Positions 17,011-36,622 are shown, counted from the stretch's first letter. The stretch is 64,000 nucleotides of DNA from the human T2T-CHM13v2.0 reference genome, Homo sapiens (GCF_009914755.1 NC_060931.1), one strand, 5' to 3'. Notes: a model not told the origin generated them from the letters alone. A program made the numbers and translations.

Positions 17011-17448
17011 GTATGTTGAAAACATCTGTTGTCCTTGTTTTTATTTTGCATGGGGTAGGGGTATTTGTGTTCATGTTTTCCTTTGAGATGGGGGTCTTGT
17101 TATGTTGCCCAGGGCGGTCTCAAACTCCTGGGCTTAAGCCATCCTCCTGGCTCAGCCTCCCAAGTCGCTGTGATTACAGGTGAGCACCATTGTGTGCAGC
17201 TTGTTTTTGGCTTTTTATTTTTTGTGCTTTGTGGTTATTAAATAGTAGAAAGCAGTCCATATATTCTCTGAAAACTTGTTTGTTCATTCTCCTTCTCTCT
17301 TGGGCTCTTTGCCATTGTTTTATACTTTTGCTTTTGTATCCTTTACCTTTTAAGATGATTCATTTTTTTTGGTGTCCCTGGGTTATTGATATTAGGCAAG
17401 AAGAAAGGAACCTGGAACAATAGATTATATTTTAGATCAAGAATTTAA

Positions 17449-17774
<326 letters not shown>

Positions 17775-18106
17775 TAAATTGTTATATTTTAACTATTACA
17801 TATAGCCATGATTCTCCACAAGTGCTTATTTTTTAAAAATAAAACCTTTACTATTTTTAAAACCTAGAGATATAAAGAAGAAAATTTAAAAATGGATCGT
17901 AATAATAATAGCAAACACTTCGTGAATGCTGTGGCCCAGGTACTCTTCCAATCTCTCTATTTGCATTAACTCATCCCTGCTTGGGTGACTCCAAATCACT
18001 TTATTTGGAGTAATATACAAAATGAGGCCAGGTGCGGTGGCTCATGCCTGTAATCTAAGCATTTTGGGAGGCTGAGGCGGGTGGATCATCTGAGGACAGG
18101 AGTTCA

Positions 18107-18484
<378 letters not shown>

Positions 18485-18505
18485 TTATTTGGGAATAAAT
18501 CATTA

Positions 18506-18709
<204 letters not shown>

Positions 18710-18726
18710 CTAATCCCAGCTACTCA

Positions 18727-18825
<99 letters not shown>

Positions 18826-19167
18826 CTAAAAAAAAAAAAGATGTAGCAACAGTTTAATTTTTAGTCTCCTTCCTATGGTTGGCCCATTTATTTCAGTTAG
18901 CAATAGAAAATATTATACCTTTTCTGTTTTTCTCCTGGCAGCTGTGGCTGTATTGGGTAGACCATGTTTGCATTTTGTCTCTTTCTCTTTAACTCCCAAT
19001 TGTTGCTGAGGAAGGGGAGAAATGTTATTTATAGAATCTCCTAGCCTTTTTTCCCCTTTGTTTTGTTTAGCTCACATTTTTAATGTGCTTTTATGTGTTT
19101 GTGTGTGTGTTACCAAAAGCTGAGCCACCAAACTTAATGACTCTATAATCCCACTGTGTTTGCTTAG

Positions 19168-19325
19168 TTACCAGGTAGAAAACTGGTGTCATCAGCTGTT
19201 TCTCCCAGCATCATACCTCAAGAGGATCCTTCGCAGCAGTTCCTGCAGCAGAGCCTTGAAAGAGTGTATAGTCTTCAGCACTTGGACCCTCAGGGAGCCC
19301 AGGAGCTGCTGGAATTCACCATCAG
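19168..19325 (+). pseudogene. INTS4: INTS4-like exon (~exon 15), 158 bp
   Basis: gcttag|TTACCAGGT...ATCAG|gtaggg; LPGRKLVSSAVSPSIIPQEDPSQQFLQQSLERVYSLQHLDPQGAQELLEFTI. Confidence 0.95.
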
Positions 19326-19620
19326 GTAGGGTAATCATCCCTTCATCTGACAGAGTTAGTGCCGTTACACTCAGCTTGACTGTTCTGAATTCTGGTGTTG
19401 GTTACTAGGCTTGATATTCTGACTCTATTGGTCTACATTCACACACGGTTTTATGGTCTGTTTATATTTGGATTAGATTGTGGTTTGAACATATTTTTTA
19501 AAAGAGCTCTTTATATTCATGACTCGATTGATGATTAGTACACAACAAAATAGTTACAAAGAACCTGTTTTTAGTTTTTTAATTTTATATATTAGGATGA
19601 GTGACCAAAATGCAAAGTAA

Positions 19621-19899
<279 letters not shown>

Positions 19900-20398
19900 T
19901 AGAGTCGAGGTTTCACCATGGTGGCCAGGCCGGTCTCAAACTCCTGAGCTCAAGTGATCCTCCCGCCTCGGCCTCCCGAAGTGCTGGAATTACAGGCGTG
20001 AGCCACTGTGCCCGGCCTAGGCTCATTCTTTCTTGTGTCTTCATCTTCTGCATCAAGCAGCTCTGCTTAACAATTCAGAATCTAACTGTCCCCCCTGTAT
20101 TCCATCCTGTGGGGAAAAGGAAACGGGAAGAGAAAGGTATCATCTCCACCCTGTGGTTTGTTTAAAGACACTTCCCAAAAGTTGTACACTCTAATTTTAC
20201 TTGCATTCCATTGACTAGAACTTAAGTCACATGGCCATCTCTCACTTCAAGGAGCGAGGACATGCAGTCTTTATTCTGGGTGACTAATGCCTGGTTTACA
20301 TGCGATGACTCTAATACTCAGGAAGAATGGGAGAAAGATATTGGGGAACAACCAAAAGGCTCTGCCAGACCTTCCTCAAAATGGCCTGAATGATATGA

Positions 20399-20542
20399 AA
20401 AGAATTTAAACTCATTTGCTTTTAGCAAAAGCAGTATTGTTTGCTCTTAAAAGATTAAAAAATTATGTCTTTTAAGAGCAAACAGTACTGCTTTTGCTAA
20501 AAGCAAATGAGTTTAAATTCTTTATTGTTTGCTCTTAAAAGA
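20399..20542. repeat. Inverted repeat with 56-bp arms and 13-nt loop, plus a 20-bp direct repeat
   Basis: 20399-20454 is the reverse complement of 20468-20523 except one T/G; 20523-20542 repeats 20435-20454. Confidence 0.95.
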
Positions 20543-20674
20543 GAAAAATATTATATCGTCCAGGTGCAGTGGCTCATGCCTGTAATCCCAGCACTTTGGG
20601 AGACCGAGGCGGGAGGATCACTTGAGGCTAGGAGTTCAAGACCAGCCCCGCTGAGTGAAACCCCGTCTCTACTA

Positions 20675-20842
<168 letters not shown>

Positions 20843-21607
20843 TTATATCATTTGTATCTTGGTTGAGATCTCTTTTGATCTGCCCGGAAGAGTATTTGGC
20901 ACCAGCCACATTCAACTAATAATTTTTAGTGGATGATTTCATTCCATACACTAAGAAACAAGCTCTGTGCTAGATACAGATCAGCTAGCTAGGATTCTGC
21001 CCTTAGAGAGCCCATGTAGACAAGATGCATATAGACAAAGACTTATGATGGTGGATAACAGCGCTTTGTACTTTGTTCATGCTTTCCTGTCCATTATTGC
21101 ATCTTAACATGTTATAAAGCCGGCCAACTGAACCATCCTCCAAGTTATGTTTTCCCATTATATTAGGTCATTCATTCACTTAGCAGCATTAACTATTTGT
21201 TTATTCTAATAAGCCAGTTGCTGAGGGTAGAGAGAAATAAGAAATGACATTTGTTCTTAAGGTACTCACTGTTTATTACAGGACGCAGAAATCATCAATT
21301 TGATAAATGATACAGTGAAGAGAAGCATAGATGCTGTGGAAAAACAGATGAAAGGCCCCGACCCATCACAGTAGTAGTGGTGAGGGATGCTTCACAAAGG
21401 AGAAGATCCTTTAGCTAGTATGAAATGATAACTGAGCATGTCAGTTTCGTAGTCCATGTGCAGAAGAGAATTCCAACTTCAGCAGACATTAGAAGAGCTG
21501 GGAGACCTGAGGGAGAACAGCCTCCCAGAACTGCAGTGGTGTAGTATAGAGATTGAGTGAATGGAGCTTTGAAGGCAGACTCATTTTGGTTAACGTCTGA
21601 GCTAATA

Positions 21608-21945
21608 CAGTCATGCACTGAATAACAACGTTGTGGTGGTCCCATGATTATATTTTTACTGTACCTTTTTTATGTTTAGATATACAGATATTTACCATTG
21701 TTTACCATATTTACCAATATTTACCATTGTAACCAGTGTTACAGTTGCCTACAGTCTTTAGTACAGTAACATGCTATACAGATTTGTAGCCTAGGAGCAA
21801 CAGACTATCCCATATAGCCTAGGTGTGTAGTAGGCTATACCATTTGGATTTGTGTAAATATACTCTATGTGATGTTTGTGAGACAAAATCACATAACAGT
21901 GTATGTCTCAGAATGTATCTCCATCGTTAAACAACGCATGACTTG
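21608..21945 (+). mobile_element. Tigger3a (MER7-type) MITE
   Basis: TA-CAGTCATGC...GCATGACTTG-TA termini; TAGCCTAGGTGTGTAGTAGGCTATACC core. Confidence 0.85.
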
Positions 21946-22569
21946 TAGTTGTTTGATCTTAGTCAACTATATTGCTCAGGGTTCATTTGCAGAAAACAAA
22001 AGAGGCTTTTAACTAATTTAAGCAGAAAGAAATTTATTACAGAATGTTACATGGCTCACAGAGTTGTTGGGAAAGCTAAAGAAACAGACTAGGTGGAATA
22101 TCCAGGAATGATTTCCAGAGCCACACAATGAGTGGGCCACCAAGGAGGCTGATGTTCCTGCTATTATCAGGAAAGCTGCCTATTGAGTCAGGATGCTACC
22201 AATAAAGCTGCTGGCTCCAGAACCGTGTCTTGCATTCTGCCTTTCTTCCGACTTAACATTGTTCCCTATACAAAACTCATGCGAATGTGTTTGATTGACT
22301 GATAATAAATCACGTCTGGAACCTAGCTCAAGGGAATCTGAGAAATGCAGTTTTTAACTTTGCAGCTTATGTAGTCCAGGAAGATACAGTAGATGAAGAT
22401 AGGAATACCACGTGTGAGTGAGCCAAATCCAGTATATGCCGTAAGTACCAACTGCTGTTAGCTCCAGTTTACTCACCTGGGGGACTTGGTGACTTGCTGG
22501 GTGCAGGGGTGGGAGTGAGGAACTGAGAGATAAATGGGTGGTCTGATACTCTAGTAATCCACTAAAAAG

Positions 22570-23230
<661 letters not shown>

Positions 23231-23344
23231 TTTTAAGGTTGAAATGATTTTAGCATGACAGTTTGTTCTCTTGCCACTGTACATTGAATCATATACTTGA
23301 TGTTTATTGTGTGCCTGTGATGTGCCAGTAACAGTACTCTAAAC

Positions 23345-23548
23345 TAGGAGTCACCAGACTACAGCCTGTGGACCAAAGCTGGCCTGTTGCCTGCTTTTGT
23401 ATGTAAGATCTGATTGAAGCACAGCCACGCTCATTTGTTTAGGTATTGTCTATAGTTGCTTTCATGCTACAATCACAGAGCTGAGTAGTTGCCACAGAGA
23501 CCATAAAGTTACTATTTTACCTTTTACAGAAAAAATTTGCTGACCCTG
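23345..23548 (+). mobile_element. MER58A (hAT-Charlie)
   Basis: CACAGCCACGCTCATTTGTTTAGGTATTGTCTAT...GAGTAGTTGCCACAGAGACC...TTTACAGAAAAAATTTGCTGACCCTG. Confidence 0.8.
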
Positions 23549-24512
23549 CTGTAAGTTCTGGGCAGTCCACAGCTCTGTAAGCGGAGATTCCAGTCCTTTC
23601 TATACCTCTTGTGGAGCGATTTCTCTTCTCCCTCAACAAAGTGTTTAGTTTTGGAGGCCACTGAATGAGGTTGTTGGCCCTGAGCCCAGTAAAATAAAGT
23701 CTACTTCCTGACTCATCCCCACGTAAATAAACATTTAGATTTTGTCCTTGACAGTTTTATCCTGTTGGCACTAAAGCAAGTGCAAAAGGCACAAAAGCTA
23801 GCCAATTTGGTGATCAGCTGCAGTGCTGGCTCTTAGAAGGTACTCGCCTTCATGGTCTGGGTTTCCTGAGATGATAGTCTTGCTAGGCAGTGGCCGGCCA
23901 GATCACTGTCCTAAGTTCGGGGCTCTGTGTTTCTAGCTTGAGTGTGTATTCAGGAGCACAGGCAGGATGGTGAAAAATCTGGAAAGGGAAGCAGATGGAC
24001 CATAGCAGTGAGGGCACCTGCGATGCTTTACAACCATCATTGCAGACATGAAGTAATTTGCTAAGAAGAGGCAGAACGAGGATTTGAGTTCAGCTTTGTC
24101 AACTCTAAAATCCATATTCTGTGATGTGCAGTGATTTACAGGGGGTTCCTGTATCACATGAGATTAGATCAGTTGACCCCTGGGGTTCTCCACAACTTAC
24201 ACTTTCTGAGTTGTTATGGAGTGAAATGTTAGCCTTTCATACAGAAGGTTCTCTGATGAGGACTGGAGCCACGTATTTGTTAGTATGAGTGTAAAACAAA
24301 TTTCACTGTCATACACAGTGCCCTGTTTTGTAATCCAAACAGCCACTTAACCCAATGAAGATCTCACCTATGAGCCAGATGCTGTGGCTCGCACCTGTAG
24401 AACTGTTGTGAAGATGATTGTAATGATATGTGGTAAAAGCATTTTGAGAATATCAGTTACATAGATAATAGTTGGACATTTATGGATGTTTGCTTTAAAA
24501 TTTAAACTAACT

Positions 24513-24813
<301 letters not shown>

Positions 24814-25599
24814 TTAAACTAACTATGGCTTATTTAACATACTGGACATGCTCTTGACATTTTGTAACTAAATCAAATTTTATAAATGTAATCATGTTTA
24901 AACTCACTAGCAGGGTTGAAGGGGATTGTCTTTTAAGGAATGCTGCAGTCATTTGTCTGCTATTTCTCAGTATGAATAGTGACCTCCTGTTTTTCAAAGT
25001 TTACATTTTTGTGTTAAGTCCATGAAAGTGCTGTTGCTATACACACTGTTGTTTCAGGAACCATATCACCTTAGAAGTGTTCCATAATAGAGAATTGTTC
25101 TTTTGGAGTAAAATAGCTCATTATAACCTGAAACAGAAGGGGCTTCATTTATCAGAGATAGAAAGAAATGTACTACTTTTCTTATGGGAATTCTTTTACA
25201 CACTAACCATTGAAGAACATGGGATTTTTTAGTTGAATTCTTTAAAATCCTCTTTTTGCTTTGAAACTTTTATTGTCTTTTAGGGAGACTGCCTATTGTG
25301 TAGTATTGGAACTGGTCTAGTAATTAAAGAGTAGAAATATGCGTTTGTAATCTGTCATCATCTAGGTGCAGGAATAAAGATGGCGTTTTAGAAGTCACCA
25401 AGACTTTGTATTTATGTTGTATTTCCTAACATTCCTTTTTGCTCTACTAAGCTACTAAGAGACATAATTATAAATTTGATTTTTAGAGATTCTAAGAGAT
25501 TGAAAAAAATAAACTGTATTTGATTTGCACATCCAGAATCTTTTTGACTATCTTTAATAGTGATTTAAATAATTAATTCAGCCTATTGTGTAAGCTTAA

Positions 25600-25994
<395 letters not shown>

Positions 25995-27905
25995 TAAAGT
26001 GCTAGGATTACAGGTGTGAGCCACCGCGCCTAGCCGTATCTAGTTTTAAATTAGTTTTGGTCTCATCTGTGTTTGATGTAATTAATAAATAAATGAAAAG
26101 AGTTTAATAGCAAATAAATAAATGAGATGCAATATGATATGGTTAAAAAAATACTTTTGGAGTCAGAGCTGACTCTGTCTAGTTCATGTCGTTTTGTTGT
26201 TTATTCTGTGACCTTAGGCAAGCCACTTAAATTCTGATCTTTAGTTTCCTGTTCAGTGAAATAGGATTAATTGCAATTCATATTGTGAGGATTAAGTGAG
26301 CTCAAGTAAGGAAACAGCTAGCACAGTACAGTGCACATAGAATGTGCTCAGTGTACCTTTCTCATTAGAGCCCGTAGTCTCCTGATGGATGTCTAGACTG
26401 AGGCTTCCTAAGAATTGTGAGCATAAAGTGACAAAGAGAGGAAACACTGGGACACAGGGTTTTTCCCAGAGCTAACAAGTTTCCATTTTTGTTTGTACAG
26501 AAGTTCAGATTTCTTATGGCTAATTGTGTTGGATTGGGTTACATCTTGTTCTGTGCACTTCAGAACAACTGCTACAATTCTGGGGCAGGGGAATAAAATA
26601 ACATTTGGAATCAGTTAGTTAATGTACAGTCAGTTGGTCTGTATTCTGTATAATTGTCGTAGAAGGCAGAATCTTCCTGGAGAGGAAACACAAATGCTTC
26701 TGAAGTAGAATACTTCAGGGCTGTCTCTTGCAAGAGAAAAATCAGAGAAGTGAAAGGAAGAGACCATCTGGCCACCAAACTCATACTTCACAGTTGGGCT
26801 TAGCTAGTCTATGGTCTTGGCTTTCATTGTGCTGGGTTCCCATGCTTTGGGTAGGCCCTCCAGGACCAGTTCAAGCAACCCAAATGAATAAGAAGTGATA
26901 TATATCATACATTAATTCTTCAATCACTTTGAGAGTAATTACTCTTTGCCCCTTTGTAGGCATCTCCTTCTTGATGTCAAAGTCCCCAGGAGGCATCGTT
27001 AACTATCATAACGTTACCCACCAAGCATGAGATGGGAGGAAGTGGCATAGTCCAGTGGACAGTTTTTTCCAGGCTACTGTGAAACCTGATGTGTTATGCC
27101 GGCTCTGAAACAGCTTCCCAAGTGACTCAGACCTTAAGGTTTCCCACAGTTTCCATTTCTATTCAGAATTTAATGTTGCTATTAAAAAGTAATGAGGCAG
27201 CTTTCTATGAATGCTGAGATGGTTAGGTAATACACAAACACACACACACTCACATTCCTCCCCTAAAAAAGAAGAAAGCAAAGAAAACCAGTACTTTTTG
27301 TAAATGCATGGCATATCTCAAAATTCAAAAGAAACTGGTAATAGTAGTTGCCTCTGGGAAGGTATACAGGGTGGCAGGGCTACAGGGCACAGGCGTAGGA
27401 AGGGGAACTAATTTAATTTAATTTAATTGTATATCCTTTGAATGCTATACCTTAAGTATGTATTAACTATTCAAAAAAACTAAATTTTTTTTTAAAGAAC
27501 ATCTGTTCTTTAAAGTCGTAGAACATTTTCATCACTCCAAGAAGTTCCTTCATGCCCCTTTGCAAAGTTGTTTGGCTTTTCCAAGCCTCTGTGAAACCCC
27601 AGGAATTCAAGGAGGCCATGGAGAAGAATCCACTTTTCTATAGTAGCAAAATATGGTGAGGAAAGAGAAGTGATTACTCCTAAAAAGAACACATAATTGT
27701 TGGTTATTCAATGACAAGGAGTGACAGTGTAGGTAAGGGGCCCAGAGCCAGAACCCAAGGCAAGTGTGTTTAATAACAGGAAAAAAGCTAAATAACTTTT
27801 GGTACAGCTACCTAGCAGTATATTCTGCAGTCATTAATTCTTTATGAAGAATTATACAACAACATGACAAAATACTTAGGGTGTAATGTTATGTACCGAA
27901 AAGAA

Positions 27906-29402
<1,497 letters not shown>

Positions 29403-29509
29403 AAACTTAATTCTGCTTTCTGACTACAACTGTCAAAAAACATGCATACAAGAAATGATTAGAAGTAAATATTCCAGAAATTCCTATAGTTTATCTGTAG
29501 TTTAGACCT

Positions 29510-29843
29510 ACCACTGTTTGATAGCCACCAGATACATGGGACTCTTGAGCACTTGAAAAGTTGTTAGTCTAAACTGAGATGTGTTATTAAGTGCAAAATA
29601 CACACTGGATTTCTCAGACTTAGTATGAAAAGAAAATGTAAACTATCTAATTAATAATTTAAAAAATACTGCGTGGTGAAATGTTAATATCTTGGATATA
29701 CTGGGTTAAATAAACTTTTTAAAAAAATTAACTTAGTCTTTGTATCTTCAAAATTAACTTACATCTTTGTAATTTAAAAACTGTGGCTATGAGAATATTT
29801 AAAATTATATATAGCTCATGTTATATTTCTATTGGACAGTGTT
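29510..29843. mobile_element. MER33-like hAT-Charlie element
   Basis: CTTGAGCACTTGAAA...CTGAGATGTG...AAAATACACACTGGATTT...TTTCTATTGGACAGTG. Confidence 0.65.
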
Positions 29844-30505
29844 AGTCTAGGTTTTCTGTAATGTCATTTGATTACATCTGTAATTCAGAAGGACTGAGAA
29901 AATAAGAGGCTGTCACAGAAGTTTGTGCAAGAGATGAGGTCATGTGGATGGATAGGTGAGGAGAGAGATGGAAGGTAAAATCGTGGCTCTTAGTGGTGGT
30001 TTTGAATGTAGAAGATTGAAAGAGGGAGAAATCTAGGAAAGCTGCTTGATTTCTAGTTGAATATGTTGGTAAAGTGGTTGGGGCTTATAACATAATGAGC
30101 ATAGGGGAAAAGAAAAAAGAACCACAGTCAAGGAAGAAGTATCTAGGTGGCTTGGGTTAGTCCAGTGGCTCTGGGAACAAGGAGTGCCTAGAGCCCGGAA
30201 GCTGGCTTGCCTGCGCATTCTGGTGAAGGTTTCATGGTTCCTGTCCTCTGCTTCCAGAAGCACTGATCTGGGACACAGAGCCTTTGGGCCAAGAATTGGA
30301 TCAAATGGATGGGAATTCATTTAGCCCAAACCATTAGTCTCATCTTTCTCCATAATAGATACAGCTTATTGGGTTAAAAGAATAAGATTAATTGAGAAGT
30401 CCTGTTCATGGTAGACTTTCAAAGGAAAACAAAAATGTAAATTCCAAATGATATGCCAGTCTTTGTGACGTCGGTATTCTGTTCCCTCCTGATTTGTCTG
30501 TGTAG

Positions 30506-30586
30506 GCCTTGCAGGAAAAGTCGTGGAATGTAGCTGCCCCTTCGTATTTGAAGCAGAGTGATTTGGCCTCAGCAGCAGCGAAACAG
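30506..30586 (+). pseudogene. INTS4: INTS4-like exon (~exon 17), copy 1, 81 bp
   Basis: gtgtag|GCCTTG...AAACAG|gtaagc; ALQEKSWNVAAPSYLKQSDLASAAAKQ. Confidence 0.93.
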
Positions 30587-30676
30587 GTAAGCTTATTCCC
30601 TTCAAACAGGTCTCTGTCCAGGAATTGTCTGGTCCAAGGCAGAGCCAGAGGCCTTCCTATAGCTCTGTCTCTGTAG

Positions 30677-30757
30677 GCCTTGCAGGAAAAGTTGTGGCAT
30701 GTAGCTGCCCCTTTGTATTTGAAGCAGAGTGATTTGGCCTCAGCAGCAGCAACACAG
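30677..30757 (+). pseudogene. INTS4: INTS4-like exon (~exon 17), tandem copy 2, 81 bp
   Basis: ctgtag|GCCTTG...ACACAG|gtaagc; ALQEKLWHVAAPLYLKQSDLASAAATQ. Confidence 0.93.
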
Positions 30758-32565
30758 GTAAGCTTATTCAGACCTTCCCTTCAAATAGGTCTCTGTCCAG
30801 GAATTGTCTGGTCCAAGGCGGAGCCAGAGGCCTTCCTGTAGCTCTGTACCTCTGCTGTGGCCTCCCTAATTTTAGGCTATGACAGAAGTTAGTGATATGA
30901 GAAGGAGCATAACTAGGGGACGCAGCACTCACTGTGGACTCAGGGGACCTGGGTCCTAGTCCCAGGTCTTCCTCTGATTTGCTGAGTGATATTGAGCAAG
31001 TTACTTAAATTCCCTGGATTTTTTCTCTTCTATAAAATGTGGCAGTTGGGCCGGGTGTGGTGGCTCACACCTGTAATCCCAGCACTTTGGGAGGCTGAGA
31101 TGGGCGCATCACTTAAGGTTAGGAGTTTGAGACCAGCCTGGCCAACATGGTGAAACGCTGTCGCTACTGTCATGAATCTTTCATCTGAAAATGTAGCCCA
31201 ACTCAGTTAAGGTTGTTTATATCTTTAGCCTGTACCATCTCTTCAACGTTAAAAGGTCCTGGGTAGTTCATTAAGTAGGCTTTAATTTTATTTGTCTCTA
31301 GTTTATTTCTTTTTAGCTTTGAGCCGTTCCCCTTTGCACCTAAGTATTGAGACTTGGTGATCTCTGGCAGGTCAAGTCTTCCAGATAGGGAGTCTGTAAA
31401 TGACCCAGGAGGAAGCTAATGATGGTGATTGTTATTGTTACATTACAGTTCACTAAATGATTTCAAGTCTATTAGCTTAATTAACCCTCATAACAATCCC
31501 ATTAGATAGGAATAAGTATTAAGTCTATTTTAGAGATGAGGCAGTTAAGGCTCAGCAAGGTTAAATTCATAGAGCTATAGGTAATACAGTCAGGACTTGA
31601 GACCAGATCCTCTGATACCCAGAATCTGTTTTCTACTACAGTGCTGAACTCTTGTCTGATCCAGACTCTTTCTCAGACCTGGTATGTGGCTTATTGTAGA
31701 AGAGTAGCATTTAATGACTAGAACCCGATAATTGAGCCACATTGGAAGGATGGGATCAGGGAGCAATAATTTGGAAGGAAAAGAGGAAAGGAATTACCAT
31801 TGCTGTATACCAGATACTGTGATAAACACATTGCATGCTCCATTTGATACTTGAAACTTCATGATATTGGTACTGTTTCTTCCCTGTTTACAGAAAGGGA
31901 TTGAGACACTCATGTAATTTAACTTGTCTTATTGCCAATTGTAAGAGAGTCTGGAGTCGTTTCCGTGACCCTAGAGTGTTCACTGGGAGGCAAGCACAGA
32001 AGAAAAAGAGAAGCATCATTTTGATGAAAATCGCTTATTTGGATGGAACTAAGCAAGATCGGGGACTTGATCTGGGGTCATAGACAATGTTTTCTTGCAC
32101 TTATTTCCATCCCAAACTCCCTCAGACCAGGCCCATGGAACAGTCTGTCAGGATAACTAACATATGGTTAATAGTTCCTGATGCTTAATTCTTGAGGACT
32201 TTGTGGGGATTGGGTTTCCATACATAATATATATTAATTTGTTCCCACAGCAGAGTGGGCTTCATTTAGGGTAAGAAGCAGTGCTTTCAGTGCTTTGCAG
32301 TTTGCTTAGTGATTAAACTTTCTTATCTTCACATCATCAACTAAGATGATTTTATTACCAGGTCAGTCTTCTTTTTAAATAGGCAAAATAATTTATTCTC
32401 TTTTTACAAGGCATACTATACTAATTTCTTTCCACACTTAAAAGCATAGGGATGTAAAATCTCAGTTAAGAGTTTCACCTAAGGTCATTTAACAGTAGAA
32501 TTCTATGCTGCTCTCAAGTAAGACTATGATATTTTTATTGATTGTTAATTATCTTTTCTTTATCG

Positions 32566-32696
32566 ATTATGGAAGAGACCTACAAAATGGAATTCATGTA
32601 GAGTGGTGTGGAGAATAAGCAGGTGGTGATTATACATCACATGAGGCTGCAGGCCAAAGCTTTGCAACTTATAATAACAGCACGAACTACATGAGG
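32566..32696 (+). pseudogene. INTS4: INTS4-like exon (~exon 18), 131 bp, acceptor destroyed and two nonsense codons
   Basis: ttatcg|ATTATGGAA (CG instead of AG); IMEETYKMEFM*SGVENKQVVIIHHMRLQAKALQLIITARTT*; donor GG|gtaaga. Confidence 0.95.
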
Positions 32697-33717
32697 GTAA
32701 GATGTGGGGTTGGCCAAAATATGTGGCATGTTCCTTTCAAAGATACTTCGAATGCATTCAGACATCACACGAAAGTTAATGATAAGTAAAATGAAATTTA
32801 GGATAGACTAGCTAAGGAATGTGTGATCTATTCATTTTTTTCAGATATTACAAATTCTGTTGTTGGATCAGATTAGACCCTTGGAAATCCAATTGTGCGT
32901 CTCCCTTGCTAAAAACCCTCTGGTGACTCTCCATTACATATAGCACAACACTGGACTTTATCTGGCAATAAGGACATTCTGTATCCTCCTACTTGATAGA
33001 TTTCCTCAAGAGTTTAGTGCCAGGGACCACTTTTTCTGTTCTGAAGGGACTAATAAGCTTTTTCTCAGGCAATAAGGATAAATTAAGAGGATGTACTGGG
33101 AAGTCAGACTACTTTGTTCAAATCTTGTCTTTTCTACTTACTAGTTGTTTGGTTATGAACCTTTCTGTACCTTGTTTCCCTGTACAAAATGAAAATGAAG
33201 ACAGCATCTACCTCATGGCATTTCTATGAAGAATAAATGAGATAATACAATATAAAAACACTTAGCATGGTACTTGATACGTAATAAGAGCTCAGTGTAA
33301 TTATAGCTGTAAGACTTTCAGATAACTGGAATTGCCACATTTCATTGATTCCAAGATACACATTTTTTATTATTGTAACTTCTCTGAAATCAGATATTTT
33401 GATGGTGTCCTATAGTGTTTTTTGTTTCTTACTATTTCATAAAATAAAGGTGCATCTTAAGAATGATGGCATCATAGATTTGATACAAAAAAGTACTTAG
33501 GTGACTCATTGCCAGCTCACAGACATGTTTGATGCTCAGTCCAGCTGCTGTGTCAAAAAAAAAAGTGGCATAGAGATATAAATATGAATGTTTAAACACA
33601 GAAACATACTAGGTCAGAAATAACATCCTGAAAAATAAAATATTTTATTTCTTCACTTATCTTGATAGTGACCTCATAAAGTCAAAGAATCATTTAATCG
33701 TAAAGATATTCATATGT

Positions 33718-34012
<295 letters not shown>

Positions 34013-34189
34013 GATATTCATATATTCATTTAACAAATGTTTAATCCCTACTATGTGCCAGTTATAGCTGAAAAAACAAAAGTGCTTGTGATGGCATCTA
34101 TACTGTTTTTTAAAAAAGATTTTTTTTAGTTTATATATAATTGTTACAAAAATTAAAATATTACAGGGTAAGTGAAGGTTCTCTGGTAA

Positions 34190-34650
<461 letters not shown>

Positions 34651-35038
34651 TGAACTCAGGTGATCCACCCGACTCGGCCTCCCAAAGTGCTGGGATTACA
34701 GGCGTGAGCCACTGAGCCCAGCCTATATTTTTCATTTGTATGCGTTCCTGTTTTTTTCTTTTTTTTCTTTCTTAAGTTTTGCTAGATTGTTTTCTTTTGT
34801 CCTCCAGGGGTTTGAAAGTTATGCACCGTAATTCTAAACACTTCAAGTGAGAGGCAGTAGAACATACTGGTTAAGAGGGCTGTGGTGCCACACTGCTTGG
34901 GTTCACATTTTGACTTTACCATTTGCAAACTGAGTAACCCTTGGACAAGTTACTTAACACTTCTTGGCCTCAGTTTGTTCCCATAAGTTAAACTGAGATA
35001 ATAGTAGTACCTGTCTCTTCCTCACAGGGGTATTGTAA

Positions 35039-35393
<355 letters not shown>

Positions 35394-35629
35394 TAAAATA
35401 GTGTCTGTCACATCCATTATAAATACTTGATACATGTTAACTAATATTAGTTTTAGTAATACTGTTATTACTTATATTTTTAATGAACATATTGAACTTA
35501 TATTTATCAGCATAAAAAGTTAAACAGAATTTATGGTCACCTCTCTGAGATCAAGATGATCTAAGATGAAGATGAAGATTTTAGTATGCTTTTGTTTGTC
35601 TCTTACTGCTTAAGTAATTTGGGCCAGTT

Positions 35630-36622
<993 letters not shown>

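Larger units (their letters stand above)
30495..30847 (+). repeat. 171-bp-period tandem duplication containing one INTS4 exon
   Basis: Two copies with 8-9 substitutions and an 8-bp indel; TGT microhomology at 30666-30668. Confidence 0.95.

Noticed and set aside
27431-27439. ATATCCTTT, a perfect U12 AT-AC donor motif (also at ~37995)
   Set aside because: Lies in old repeat-like AT-rich sequence with no adjacent exon; expected by chance
31049-31168. Abruptly truncated Alu left arm as a candidate junction for the missing exon
   Set aside because: It lies downstream of the duplicated exon, so it cannot explain the upstream exon loss; Alu truncations are common
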